A program made the translations under genes and the position numbers. The notes below the pieces were generated by a model. That model ran no database searches, was not told the origin of the DNA, and worked only from the letters and a program-made list of their open reading frames with translations. This document shows, one piece after another, positions 22,875-36,531 of a DNA stretch of 64,000 nucleotides. The DNA comes from Mobula hypostoma (Eukaryota), in NCBI RefSeq assembly GCF_963921235.1, contig NC_086097.1:102860001-102924000 (forward strand), written 5' to 3'. Every line of letters starts with the position of its first letter. Positions within the stretch are counted from its first letter, which is position 1.

Positions 22875-25396
22875 GGAAGTAGGAACATTGATGCTGATGC
22901 TCTGTCCCAATGAGCGCATGAAGGGCTGGACAGGGACGAAGAGTGGGAGAGTGTTACTGTCTCGGGGGGTGAAAGCCATGTCCCAGTTTGCCATCATGGT
23001 GAAGGCAGACGGAAAGCAAGGACAGGATTGAGTGGTAGATTAATTGGGAGCTTCTGACGATGCTAATCTGCAAGTTTACTGTAACCTGACTGCTTTGAAG
23101 ACAAATCAGCTGCCGGAATTGAGTCCTGGGGAAGTGGCAGCTGCTCAGCGAGATGACCCAGGTATCGGTACCATTTGGTCAGCGGTCGAAAAGGGAGTCA
23201 TGGCTCAGGTGGAGAAGACGAAACACACTGTGGTGCCTCCATTACTGAGAGAATGGCCGAGGTTGGAGTTGAGGAACCAGATTCTATACTGGGTCACATA
23301 ACCTCTGGACCACCCTTGCTGTTCCCAGCTGGTTCTGCCTGAGAAGTATCGGAGGATTGTGTTGAAGTCATTTCATGATGATTCTGGACATTTGGGGGTT
23401 GAAAAGACCTATGGATTGTTCAGAGACTGGTTCTACTGGCTCCGAATGAAGCTGGAGGTTGAAGAATACTGCAAGTCATGCATTCGATGCATACGGAGGA
23501 AGATGCTGCCTATGAGGGCCACTCCGTTGTCTCACTCGCAGAGTGTGTATGGATTTCCTGTCAATAAAGGCAGATGCCAGCAACATGGCGAATGTCTTAG
23601 TCATCACAGATCACTACACCAGATATGCTCAGGCTTTCCCTACCAAGGACCAGAGGGTGTCCAGGGTGGCCAAAGTGTTATGGGAGAAGTATTTCATTTA
23701 TATTGGCCTTCCCAGCCTGATACATAGTGATCAGGGATGGGATTTTGAGAGTAGGTTCATCCATGAGTTATTGAGCATACTTGGAGTCGAGAAGTCAAGG
23801 ACTACGCCTTATTACCCTCAGGGTGATCCACAGCCAGAAAGGCTTAATCAGACCTTGCTAGACATACTCGGAAACTTGGAAATCAGCAAGAACAAGTGGA
23901 GTAAACATATTGAACATCTGGTCCACTGCTACAACCGTACATGAAATGAAGCTACTAGGTACTCACCATATTATCTGAAGTTTGGGTGCGAGGTGAGGTT
24001 GCCCATTGACCTTTGTTTTGGGACTGGCGAGGAAGACCTACCCACCGAAGACTTATCTGGTGTGTCTGATATGAGAAGGGAGCTGAAAAAGGCTTATGAA
24101 TTAGCTGGGGTCATGGCTACCAAGCAGAATCAAGGAAATAAGAGGAGGTATGATCGAAAGGTGAGGTTCTCCCAACTCATGCCAGGAGACCGAGTCCTCA
24201 TAAGGAATTTGGGGCTACCTGGGATGTGTAAGTCAGCTGACCACTGGGCAGCTATGCCCTATATGGAGAGTCAGGTGCCAAACGTACCAGTTTTCTGGGT
24301 GAAACCCGAGGATGAGAATGGGCCTGTCAAGATTCTTCATCGGAACCAACCTCTGCCTCCGCGACAAGAGGTGCGGGTTAACCCAGAGCCCGACCTGGAG
24401 CCTACACCTGGTTAGAGAACTCTGCGACAATGCAGAGAGACTGAAGGACCAGCAGCAGGAAAGGTTAAACCAGCCCGCACCAATGAATGGGATACAGACT
24501 CGGAGGATGAGGAAATGGAGGTGCAGTATATGCTGTCTTTTGCTGACTCCCAGTGACTGAGGAAGAGATTCCCAACCCTTCTCAGACTGAGTCAGGTGAA
24601 GTCGGGGGGATTATCTGTGGACAGACTGAGTTTCAGAGGGACCCTGCAAAGGATGAAGTGGGGCTCAGCCAAGGGACAGAGGGGTTGGAGTTGCAGGAGG
24701 GCATGAGTGATAGACTGAGGGAGACCTCACCAGGTAGAGCTGAAGTATCCCAAGGAATGTCTGAACCTGAAGAAGTAGATGAGGGGGTAAGGAGGCCTCA
24801 AAGAATCAGGAGACCACTGGATAGGCTGGCCTATGTAGCACTGGGGGAACAGAGTGTGGCACCTGTTACCTTGGGGAGCTACGTCACTGCCATTTACACC
24901 TGGGTTGGACTTTGTGCTTTGAATGAAGTGTTGGCAAATTATCTCAATGTTATGAGGACATGATTAAATTTGGGGGAAGAGTGTAAACCCTGGTAAAGGT
25001 TTCACTGCTGATGTAGGTCTTTCTGTAGGAGCAGTATTTGGGTAATGGTTAGACATAACGGGTGCTTTGGAATGTGAGCTGTCCAATGACGGGAGGGTGT
25101 TTTCGTGCCGTGTGCCTGACACCAGGGTGATCTGGGTCTTTTGTTCAACGGGCGATGAAGAGAGAAGACGCCGGAGCAAATCCATGACCTGTCGAAGACC
25201 GGGGAGATCGAAGGAGGATCAGTGAAAGGGAAACTGTGAGCTCCAACTTGTGCACATTAGACTATTCCATTAAAATGGGCCCTTTTCTTTTAGTCTTTCT
25301 TTACTAACCCTCTAACCAAATTAAGAATTATAAAGCTAAATCATTTAATTGTACACAGTGTACTCTCTGTTATTTTGTGGTACTGATTTGTAACAG

Positions 25397-28300
25397 GTTT
25401 TTTTGTGTATGTTGTGTTTTTATGAGGCTGCCAGCCATTTTGCACTGTTTACTATGTTTGTGCTCGACTGTAATAATCTCTTTTTTATTCTCATATGCAG
25501 AAGTCTCGTGGTAGAACACAGCTAGGGGGCAAAGATATTACAATAGTCTCGTGGAATGTTAAGGGGCTTGGTCATGTTGTTAAGAGGGACAAAGACTTTA
25601 GACATCTCAAATCTCTATCTGCAGATGTGATTTTTCTACCAGAAACCCATATCAAAGTAACTGAGCAACGCAGATTGAGGTCTAGCTGGATATCACAGGT
25701 TTACCAGTCACCATTTACTTCTCATGCCCGTGGTGTGGCTATCCTCTTGAGGAAGAATATTCCATTTCAACTCACTTCCATGACCACGGATCCTTTCAGC
25801 AGGTATATCATGGCCTCTGGCACCACTAATTTGTTTCCGCTAACCTTCCTTAATATTTATGGTCCAAACACAGATGAGCCAAATTTTTTTAGGAAAGTTT
25901 TTGATTTACTTTCGGATGCCAGTAATTCAAATATAATAATCGGCGGTGATTTGAATTGCTACCTAGATCCATATTTAGATAGATTGTCCTCCCGCCCGCC
26001 CTCAAATATCATGTCAGTGCCGGTCCTAAACAATTTGATTATATCTAGGAATTTAGTAGATATCTGGTGAGTTCAATATCCCACCGACAAGGACTATTCT
26101 TATTATTCTCATGTTCACAAATCCTATAGTAGAATAGACTATTTTTGGTTGATTCTCATTTAATATCTCGTGTTACCAATACAAAATATCATAATATATT
26201 AATCTCTGACCATAGCCCCTTGACAATGTCCCTAAATCTCTCCCTTCCCAAATGAATATATTCTTGGTGTTTTAACCCTTTCCTACTCACTGATATGAAA
26301 TTTATAGAAAACACCACCAACAGATTAAAAGATTTTATAGAAATTAACAATAATGACGTGGTGTCAGATTCCACACTCTGGAAGACATTAAAAGTTGTAA
26401 TTCTTGGGTATATAATTTCATATGGATCTGCTGCTAAGAGGGAGAGAGAGGGGTGATTATTAGAGATTGAGAATACTCTCCCAATCCTGGAAGTGACATA
26501 CCAGGCCTCGGAATCCTCTGAAGATTACAGTAAGATTATGAAGCTTAAATATGAGTACAATTGCATCTTGGGTAGTCAAATTAAGACAAAAGCATTTCGA
26601 AATGGGGGACAAGCCTGAGGGGCTCCTGGCGTGGCAGCTCAGGGTCGCCCAGGTCCTAAGGTCAATTCATTGCATTAGATCGAGGGCAGGTATCCTGTTA
26701 ACCAATCTTAAGGAGGTAAATGACTGTTTTAAAGAATTTTACAGTGAACTCTACACTTCTAAATGCATGCCACTCAATCTGATTTGAATGACTTCTTTGA
26801 CTCTCTTGTAATGCCGAAACTTAGTGATGCTGCTAGGCAGGACCTAGATTCTGACTTCACATTGGAAGAAATAACTTCTGCCATTAGGTCATTGATGTCT
26901 AGTAAGGCAGCTGGGCCAGATGGATCTGGCTGCGAACTTTATAAGAAATTTTATGATATTTGCCCCACTTCTCCTCAGAACGATATCTTGCTCTAAGAGG
27001 GACAAAGCCTTGCTGAAAACATTGTACGAGGAGAAAGAAAGGTAAAGAGGAAACAGACCCGGCCAGCTATAGGCCCATTGCACTCCAGAATTTCGATAGA
27101 AAGGTAATCACTAAAATGCTGGCTAACCGACTAAATAAGTATTTGTCATCTATCATTCATCCTGATCAGACAGGATTCATCCTGGGTAAGTTCTCTTTTT
27201 CCAATGTCAGATGCCTCCTTAATACTATGTATGCTGATCATGGGAAAGCTAGTGGGGCAGCAATTTTGTCCCTTGATGCACAGAAGGCTTTTGACCAGAT
27301 TGAGTGGCCTTACCTGTTTGAATCACTGTACAGGTTTGGGTTCAGGGAGTCACTTGTATCTTGGGTAAAACTGATATACACCAGCCCAATGTGTTCTAGT
27401 ATAACTAATGGTGACAATTCAACACATACAAAAAGTGCTGGTGAACGCAGCAGGCCAGGCAGCATCTATAGGAAGACGTACAGTCGACATTTTGGACCGA
27501 GACCCTTCGTCAGGACCTGTAGATTTCCTAGTGGTGACAATTCAACTATGTTTCCGCTACACCGTTCAGTTCAGCGGGGTTGTCCTCTCTTGCCAGTCCT
27601 CTTTGCCATCGCGGTAGAGCCCCTTGCCCTAAAAATAAGAAGTCACCCAAATACTGTGGGTTTGAAAGTGGGAGGTATTGAAACACTTATTAGTTTATAT
27701 GCTGACGATGTGATACTGTACTTACAAAACCCAGAAAAGTCAGTCCCCCTTCTTCTAGATTTAATCACTTCATTTGGCAGACTATCGGGATACTCAATCA
27801 ATTGGACAAAAAGTGACTTCATGCCCCTCTCCGACGTCTATGCGTCGGGTTTTTTGCGAAGTGTCCCATTTAAAGTACAAACGTAGTTAAAGATCATTTT
27901 ACTTATCTTGGTTTGGCAATACCCAAAGATCCTAAATTAATTTTTAAATTAAATTTCGTGGAGTTTATTTCAAAACTTAAACAGAATGTAGAAAGTTGAA
28001 AAACCCTTCCTCTGTCCATGATTGGTCGTATAAATTCAATTAAAATGGTTTCTCTTCCTAGGTTTCTCTATCTTTGTCAAAATCTCCCCATTTTTCTTAC
28101 ATCAGCCTTCTTTAAAGAGTTGGACTCCATAATTTTGTCTTACATCTGGAATTACAAGAACCACAGGATTTTGAAAATCCATTTGCAAAAGCCCAAGTCT
28201 GAAGGAGTGCTGGGATCACCCGTATTCAGACACTATTATTGAGCTGTCAATGTCAGGGCTCCAATGTTTTGGCAACCGGGGGCTCTGGATAACTTAGTCC

Positions 28301-29591
28301 CTGGGGCCCCCTTGTGGCTATATATGGAGTGTAACTCTGTTGTCAATTCCTCCTTGAGAGCCATGCTGTTCTCTAAGTTAGAAAGCCTGGGATTTTAAAA
28401 AGTTTAAGTTTTGTTTTGAAAAACTCCTTTAGAATTCGAAATCAGATTAGGAGTGTTCTGAATTTACCAGAGACCTTTGTACAAACACCAATCTGTTTCA
28501 ATCACTCCTTCCTACCCTCATGGTCAGATAAAACTTGCTTGGAAGGAGAGAGGTCTAGTTTCTATTGAAGACCTGTACATAGAGGGACGGTTTGCAACAT
28601 TTAGTCTTCTGAAAGAGAAATTTGAGCTGCCTCATTCACACTTTTTTCGTTACTTACAAATGAGACACTACATTCAATCTAAGATTTGTAATTTTGAAAT
28701 CCTTCCACGGAAGCATATATTTTTTGATATCTTAACGAACACTCCTGACTCCAAGCATCTCGTTTCTAAGTTTGTACGTTTGTTCGATAGTTGTACTACA
28801 GCCTCTACTGTGAAGATCAGGGAGGCCTGGAGAGAGGAATTGGGCATTGAATTATCTGAAGCTGCCTGGGACAAGAGTTTGTGTATGATACAGGCTTGCT
28901 CTGTTAACAGCAGACACCAACTGATCCAGATTAAAGTTGTCCACCGTCTCCATTACTCTAAACTTAGATTGCACAGGCTTTACCCTTCTGTTTCGCCAAT
29001 GTGTGACAGATGCCAAGGGACTGAGCGCACGTTGTCACACACCTTTTGGTTTTGCCCTTCACTGACTGGATTTTGGTCCAAAATATTTGACTGATACTCA
29101 AAGGCCTATAAAAGATCCTTCCCCTTGGAAGTTGGTCTTGCCATCTTTGGCTGTTCACAATCTACTATTTGTTTCTCTACAGCCATACAACAGTCTCTGA
29201 TGCTGGGGATGATTGTCGCCAAAAGACTTACCTTGAGGGAATGGAAATCACCCTCTTCTCCCTTCCTTCTGGAGGTGGATGGCTGACATGATGGAGAGAC
29301 TTAGGTTCTTGAGAACCAATTCAATTATAAAATTTTCAGTTAGCTGGGATCCATTTCTTGCCTACCTAGACGAGGCCAGGGGCAGATGAATAATTCCCCC
29401 CCAGCTGATTTCTCACGGCCCTCATTTGAGACTTAATGTTTAGCACTTTTGAGCACTTTGTACAATAGGCATCCCTCTAATGTTGTGTTCCTTTTTTTTT
29501 CTTACTTTATTTTTACACATATCTGAGCTTATATGTTCTTGTTGATTTCAGTGTATTTTGAAAATTTTGAAAATAAAGTATTTTTAAAAAA
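25397..29591 (+). mobile_element. L1 LINE with almost the whole ORF2 (APE, RT, Cys-rich), broken by stops and frameshifts
   Basis: SWNVKGL, NIYGPN, GGDLN, QTGFI, SLDAQKAFD, YADD, CDRC...HTFWFC; AATAAA plus A-tail at 29572-29591. Confidence 0.93.
27424..27527 (-). mobile_element. Mini Penelope pLTR/hammerhead insertion in the L1 RT
   Basis: pLTR text flanked by the duplication CTA(A/G)TGGTGACAATTCAAC at 27405-27423 and 27528-27546. Confidence 0.85.
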
Positions 29592-30014
29592 TTATGAAGG
29601 GTCTCTCACTATGTAAGCTGCCTAACCTATTGAGTATTCCTGACATTTTCTGTTTTCAGCGCACAGTAAATTCAGCTGAAAAAAATGATCCAGTTTAGTT
29701 TTATTGCTGCAAATTTGTGAAGTTAAACCCACCACCCTTTTTCAAATACCCAACCCCTCCTCTCATTTCACCTCCTCAGGCAAGTCATTATCACAGTTGG
29801 TGCTCAGGTATCCCAAGGCAGTGGATTCCAGGTCACAGCAGTCCACTGCATGAATAAACTTCTCACCTCCCCCCAGTCTCTGGTAATGTCAGTCTGGTAC
29901 TGGTCTTTCCACTCCTACCAGGGCGAGAATTTATTTCAGAGACTTTAGAGACTGCACATCCTGGAAACTTGGAGCAACACTCAAAGGCCTAATGATGGGT
30001 CTTGATTCCAGTGG

Positions 30015-32213
30015 GTAGTCTGAGTTACCCAACTTCTTCAAGCAGCCTTTAATTATACCACTGCCTAAGAAGAATGTGCTACCTGCCTTAATGACTATCA
30101 TCCAATAGCACTTACATCCACAGAGATGAAATGTTTTGAGAGGTGGGTGATGAAAAATATCAACTCCAGCCTGAGGAACAACCTGAATCCACACCAATTT
30201 GCCTACCGTCACCACAGACCAACAGCAGATGCCATTTCAATGGCTCTTCACTCAATCATGCAACATCTGGACTCCGAAGGGACATAAATCAGAATGCTCT
30301 TCATCGACTACAGACTGGTGTTCAAAATTATCATCTCCTCAAAACTAATCAATAAGCTCCAAGACCTAGGCTTCAGTAACTTCTTGTACAACTGGATCCT
30401 CGATTTCCTCACTTACAGACCCCAGTCAATTTAGATTGGCAACTACATCTCCACAATCCCCATCAGCACAGGTGCACCATGAGACTGTGTGCTCTACTCA
30501 CTTTACACTAATGAGTGTGAGGTAAAGCACAGCTTCAATGCTATACATAAGTTTGATGATGATACCACAGCTGTTGGCCGAATCAAAAGTGGCGACAAAT
30601 CAGAACATAGAAGGGAGAATGAAAATCTGGTTGAATGGTGCCACAACAACAACCTCTCACTCAGTGCAAACAAGGCCAAGGAGCTGATTATTGACGTCAG
30701 AAGGAGGAAAGCGGAGCCAGTCCTCGTCGGGGGATCAGAGGTGGAGAGGGTCAGTAACTCCAGTTCTCAGTGTTATCATTTCAGAGGATCTGTCCAGGGT
30801 CCAGCTTATAAATACCATTACAAGGAAAGCAAGGCAGTGCCTCTATTTCCTTATAAGTGTAGCCCCCCCCTCCCCCACAGCCACCCTCAGGGTGGCTCGG
30901 CTCTGTCGTCTAGGGAAACAGCCTCGGCCCCGGCAAACTGGATAATTCGTTTGTGTGGATGCTGTGCGATGTACCCCACCCCGCCCAAATAACAGACAAT
31001 ACACCAGATGCAATTAAATGATATACAGTTTATAGATATTACTGGAACTATATAATTAAAAGAGAATAAAATATAAAAGGAAAATAAAAGGCGCCACCCT
31101 TATCAAAGTTCAATCTCTTCGTGCACAAAAACCGTTGGAGCTCAAGGACCGTCTTCTTCACCCTGCGACCCCCTCGGACCACCTCGACCGGCCGCCTGGG
31201 ACCAACAACGGTGGTCGACCAGACGCTCCACACGAGTCCGTCTCCGTCTCCTCGCCGAACGTCCCACTTGGGGTCCGACCCCGTTAGCGGACTCACAGCA
31301 CCTCGTCCATCCTCTGTCTCGCTCTCCCGCCTTCTGCCCCAAAACCCCGCGCATACAGTATCTTCAAATACACCAAAATCATAACAACTATCCCAATTGG
31401 TTAATAGCACCATCTTATCACACTCTAAAGAAAAACAAGCTGCTAGCGCAAACTTTCTCAACGTTTAACACAACAAAGCCGCATTCCCCAGATTAACATA
31501 ACAAAGACGCCATTTTAATTAGCCTCCGCAGTAACATAAAAGTCGAAACCCCCTTACATAAGTTTGCAAAGGTTCGGCATGTCATCTAAACTTCGACAAA
31601 CTTCTATACTGTAAGTATGCATTGGAGAGTATATTGACAGGTTGCATCATGGCCTGGTGTGGAAACACCAATACACTTGAATGGAAAAGCCTACAAAAAG
31701 TAGTAGATACAGCCCTGTCCATCACGGGTAAAGCCCTCCACACCATTGAGTGCATCTATATGGAGCACTGTCACAAGAAAACAGCATCCATCTTCAAGGA
31801 CCCCACCATCTAGGCCATGCTCTCTTCTTGCTGCCATCAGAAAGGAGGTACAGGAGCCTCAGGACTCACACCCCCAGGTTCAAGAATAGTTCTTACCCCT
31901 CAACCATCAGGCTCCTGAACCAGCGGGAATAACTTTACTCACCCTAACACTAAACTGTTCCCACAACCTATGGACTCACCTTCAAGGATTCTTCATCTCA
32001 TGTTCTCAATATTTATAGTTTGCTTATTTATTTATTTACTTGTTTGTTTGTTTTTCCTTTTGTATTTGCACACTTTGTTGATTTTTGCACATTGGTTGTT
32101 TGTCCGTCCTGTTGGGTACAGTCTTTCATTGATTCTATTATATTTCTTTGTATTTCAATGTTGTATATGGTGACATATAGTTCTTTGACAAAAAGTTTTA
32201 CTTTGAACTTTGA
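30015..32213 (+). mobile_element. Rex1/Babar-type LINE (RT to 3' tail), interrupted by a solo LTR
   Basis: CLNDYHPIALTSTEMKCFER, QFAYR, RMLFIDY, KFDDDTT, ESILTGCIMAW, LPSERRYRSL; tail ctttgaactttgaa. Confidence 0.82.
30858..31558 (-). mobile_element. Solo LTR (701 bp, Gypsy-related)
   Basis: TGTA...TACA termini; 4-bp TSD TAAG (30854-30857, 31559-31562); shares gtttgtgtggatgctg with the Gypsy LTR at 62286-62806. Confidence 0.88.
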
Positions 32214-32254
32214 AATGTTGAGTGTCCAATTCCCTCCATACATGCTACCAGGAG

Positions 32255-33065
32255 TCCATAAGACCATAAGATCTAGGAGCAGAATTGGGCCATTCAGTCA
32301 TAAAGTCATAGAGCATTACAGCACAAAAACAGGCCCTTTGGCCCATCCTGTCCATGCCAAACTGGTATTCTGCCTAATCCCATCGTCCTGTACCTGGACT
32401 GTTGCGCTTCATACCCCTCCCATCCATGTACTGTATCTATACAACATTCTCTTCACTTGCAGACAAACCCACGTCCACAAATATGGACGTTTCACACTTT
32501 CGCCAGCTTCTAAGTGAAGGTGAAGTTCCCCTTAAATATTTCACCTTTAACCTTAACCTATAACCTCTAGGTTTAGAGTGAAAGAGAAAATATTTAACGG
32601 GAACCTGAGGGGGAACTTCTTCACTCAGAGGGTAGTGAGAATGTTGAATGAGCAGCCAATGGGAATGGTAGATGCAGGTTCAATCAGTATGGAGGGATAT
32701 GGTCCATGTGCAGGTCAGTGGGACTAGGCAGAAAATGGTTCGGCACAGCCAAGAAGGGCCAAAAGGCCTGTTTCTGTGCTGTAGTTTTTCTATGGTTTCT
32801 ATGTTGGACAGGTACATGGATGGGAGGTGTATGGAGGGATATGGTCCGTGTGCAGGTCAGTGGGACTAGGCAGAAAATGGTTTGGCACAGCCAAGAAGGG
32901 CCAAAAGGCCTGTTTCTGTGCTGTAGTTTTTCTATGGTTTCTATGGTTTCTTACTGCCTGTGCCATGAATGTCTGGCAGAGGAATTGGTTCAGGGTTCAG
33001 GGTTTCAGATTTCTGTATCATTGGGATCTCTTCTGTGAAAGGTATGACCTATACAAAAGTATGGG
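32255..33065. mobile_element. Cluster of CR1 fragments on both strands, with a ~120-bp tandem duplication of the tail
   Basis: gtatggagggatatggtcc...tttctatggtttctatg occurs at ~32688-32803 and ~32829-32946. Confidence 0.75.
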
Positions 33066-34985
33066 TTTGGAGAAAGTGGGAGGAATTGTTGAGCGTTAGG
33101 ACTGGTTCCATCATACAGAGGGGGGGGGGGTGGTGCAGGGGAACTGGTTACCTCTGTTGTCCAGAAAGAAGCAAAGAGTTTTGAAGGCTTTTCTGATGAG
33201 GGAAGAGAAGTGTACAGGGACTGGACATCCATAGTGAAAATGAGGCAACAAGGCCAGGGAACTTAAAGTGATTGAAGTGAGCGAGAGGGTGTGGCTGTCA
33301 CAGATGTAGATAGGAAGGACTGCACCAAAGGTGGACAGAATGGAATAGAGGTGTGTTGACTCCAAGTTCAATGGTGCAGGAGCAGGCAGAAACAATGGGC
33401 CTACCCAGACACTCAAGTCAGATAGGAGATAGGAATAAGCAGATTGGGTTAAGGGAACTATGAGATTGGTGACAGTGGATGGGAGATCTCTAGAATCGAT
33501 GAGATTGGTGAAAGTGTGGGAGACAGTGGCCTGATGATCCTTAGTGGGGTCCTGTAAGTAAGAAGAGGTGTCTGAAAATTGCTGCCTGGTCTCAGCAAGG
33601 TAGAGGTTAGTTTGCCAGACTACAATAGCACCCCTTTGTCTGCAGGTGTGATAATGAGGTTGGGATTGGTGCAGAAAATGGACAGAGGACATGAGGTTCG
33701 AATAGGGGGAAGGAGTCCTGAAGTCAAGATGTTAATAGATAACCTTCAATAGAGTGGGATGGTAGTTTTTTTTATAAAATTATACGATGGATACTTTAAT
33801 GGAAAATTGGAGATTTAAGGTAAAGCAAAATAAAACATGATCAGTAGTACTACATGATCACACCACCATTCATGTCTTCCCCTCCCACCCCTCTCTGCTT
33901 TCCTCTGAGATCAGTCTTTCCATAGCTTTCTCATCTACTCTTCCCATCTCCCACTTCCCAAGATCCACAAACGCGCTTGTCTAGGTAGACCCATTATTTC
34001 AGCTTGTTCCTGCCCCACTGAATTCTCACATCTACCTAGACTACACCTCATCCCACCTTACTACTTGTAAAAATGCCATGCCCTTCTCTCAATTATTCCG
34101 TCTCCGCTTCATCTGTTCTCAGGGTGAGGATTTTCATTCCAGAACGTAGGAGATATCTTCCTTTCTCAAAGAAATGGGCTTCCCTTCCTCCATCAACGCT
34201 GCCCTCAACTGCATCACTTCCATTTCACATGCATCTGCACTTACCCCATCCTCCTGCCACCCTACCAGGGATAGGATTCCTCTTGTCTTCACCTATAACC
34301 CCACCAGTCTCCGTATCCAGCATAAAATTCTCCATAACCTCTGCCATTTCCAACTGGATCCCACCACCAAGCACATCTTTCTCTTCCTCCCCCTCCCTAC
34401 CACTCTCTGCTTTCTGCAGGGATTGCTCCCTACGTAACTCACAACTCCCTTGTCCATTCATCCCTCCCCACTGCTCTTCCTCATGGCACTTACCCTTGCA
34501 AGTGGAATAAATTCTACACTTCCTCCCTCACTACCATTCAGGGCTCTAAACAGTCCTTCCAGGTGAGGCAACACTTCACCTATGAGTTTGTTGGCGTCAT
34601 ATACTGTGTCTGGTGCTCCTAGTGTGGCCTGCTGTATATCGGTGAGACCCAACGTAGATTGGGAGACCGCTTTGCTGAGCACCTACACTCCATCTGCCAG
34701 AAAAGCAGGATCAATCAGTGGCCATCCATTTTAATTCCACTTCCCATTCCCACTCCGATATGTCTATCCATGGCCTCCTCTACTATTGCAATGAGGCCAC
34801 ACTCAGGCTGGAGGATCAATACCTTGTATTCCATCTGGGTAGCCTCCATCCTGAGAGCATGAAGATAAATTTCTTGAACCTCTGGGAATGGCCCCACCCC
34901 ATTTTCACTATTTCCCATTCCCATTTCCCTCTCTCACTTTATCTCCTTACCCGCCCAACATCTCCACTGGTGCTCCTCCCCTTTT
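33066..34985. mobile_element. Penelope-like element pieces: RT (minus, 33066-33700) and RT C-terminus plus GIY-YIG endonuclease (plus, 33850-34985)
   Basis: MDVQSLYTS RT motif; GVIYCVWCS*CGLLYIGETQRRLGDRFAEH GIY-YIG motif. Confidence 0.85.
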
Positions 34986-35460
34986 CTTTAGACCATAAGA
35001 CATAGGAGCAGAATTAGGCCATTCAGACCTTCAAGTCTGCTCTGCCATTCCATCATGGCTGATCCCAGATCCCACGCAACCTCATACACCAGCCTTCTCA
35101 CTATATCCTTTGATGCCTTGACCTATCAGGAAATGATCAACTTCCACCTTAAATATATCCATGGACTTGGCCTCCACCGCAGTCTGTGGCAGAGCATTCC
35201 ACAGATTTGCTACTCCCTGGCTAAAAGAATTCCTCCTTATCTCTGTTCTAAAGGGTCACCCCTCAGTTTTGAGGCTGTGCTTTCTAGTTTTGGATACCAC
35301 CACCATAGGAAACATCCACTCCACATCCACCCTATCTAGTCCATTCAACATTCGATAGGTTTCAGTGAGATCCCCACGCATTCTACGTTAACCGCTTCAT
35401 TCCGGAATCATCATCATGAACCTTCTCTGGTTTCTCTCCAGTGACAACACATTCTTTCTA

Positions 35461-36531
35461 ACAACACACATCAAAGTTGCTGGTGAACGCAGCAGGCCAG
35501 GCAGCATCTCTAGGAAGAGGTACAGTTGATGTTTCAGGCCGAGACCCTTTGTCAGGACTACCTGAAAGAAGAGCTAGTAAGAGATTTGAAAGTGGGAGGG
35601 GGAGGGAGAGATCCAAAATGATAGGAGAAGACAGGAGGGGGAAGGATGGAGCCAAGAGCTGGACAGGTGATTGGCAAAAGGGATATGAGAGGATCGTGGG
35701 ACAGGAGGCCTAGGGAGAAAGAAAAGGTGGAAGGGGGGAAAAATCCAGAGGATGGGCAAGGGGTACAGTGAGACGGACAGAGGGAGAAAAAGGAGAGAGA
35801 GAGAGAGAGAGAAAGAATGTGTGTATATAAATAAATAACGGATGGGGTACGAGGGGGAGGTGGGGCATTAGTGGAAGTTTGAGAAGTCAATGTTCATGCC
35901 ATCAGGTTGGAGGCTACCCAGACGGAATATAAGGTGGTGTTCCTCCAACTTGAGTGTGGCTTCATCTTTACAGTAGAGGAGGCCATGGATAGGCATATCA
36001 GAATGGGAATGGGATGTGGAATTAAAATGTGTGGCCACTGGGAGATCCTGCTAATGCCCCACCTCCTCCTCGTACCCCATCCTGCTTTCTCTGGTGGACA
36101 GAGCGTAGGTGTTCAGCAAAACGATCTCCCAGTCTGCGTCGGGCATGAACACACATTCTTTCTCTCTCCTTTTTCTCCCTCTGTCCCTCTCACTATACCC
36201 CTTGCCCATCCTTTGGGTTTTCCCCCCTCCCCCTTTTCTTTTTCCCTGAGCCTCCTGTCCCATGACCCTCTCATATCCCTTTTACCGATCATCTGTCCAG
36301 CTCTTGGCTCCATCCCTCCCCCTCCTGTCTTCTATCATTTCGGATCTCCCCCTCCCCCTCCCACTTTCAAATCTCTTACTAACTCTTCTTTCAGTTAGTC
36401 CTGACGAAGGGTCTCGGCCCGAAACATCGACTGTACCTCTTCCTAGAGATGCTGCCTGGCCTGCTGCGTTCACCAGCAACTTTGATGTGTGTTGCTTGAA
36501 TTACCAGCATCTGCAGAATTCCTCGTGTTTA
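35461..36531. mobile_element. Penelope insertion with ~350-bp inverted pLTRs
   Basis: 35462-35824 is the reverse complement of ~36148-36495; flanked by ACAT(T/C)CTTTCTA (35449-35460, 36532-36543). Confidence 0.88.
36397..36432 (+). ncRNA. Minimal type-I hammerhead ribozyme motif (core intact, stem III palindrome lost)
   Basis: AGTC-CTGACGA-A-GGGT-CTCG-GCCC-GAAA-CA-TC-GACT: stem I AGTC/GACT, stem II GGGT/GCCC, conserved CUGANGA and GAAA, UH cleavage site. Confidence 0.72.

Larger units (their letters stand above)
17531..25396 (+). mobile_element. Gypsy LTR retrotransposon with PNMA-like gag; near-complete but pseudogenised
   Basis: 5' LTR ~17531-18062. Zn knuckle CYNCGEEGHLRWEC, protease LDTGSQV, RT YLDD, RNase H, integrase HDDSGH...CKSCIRC / DFL / DQG. 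PPT 24971-24981. 3' LTR 24982-25396 is cut off where the L1 begins. Confidence 0.93.
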
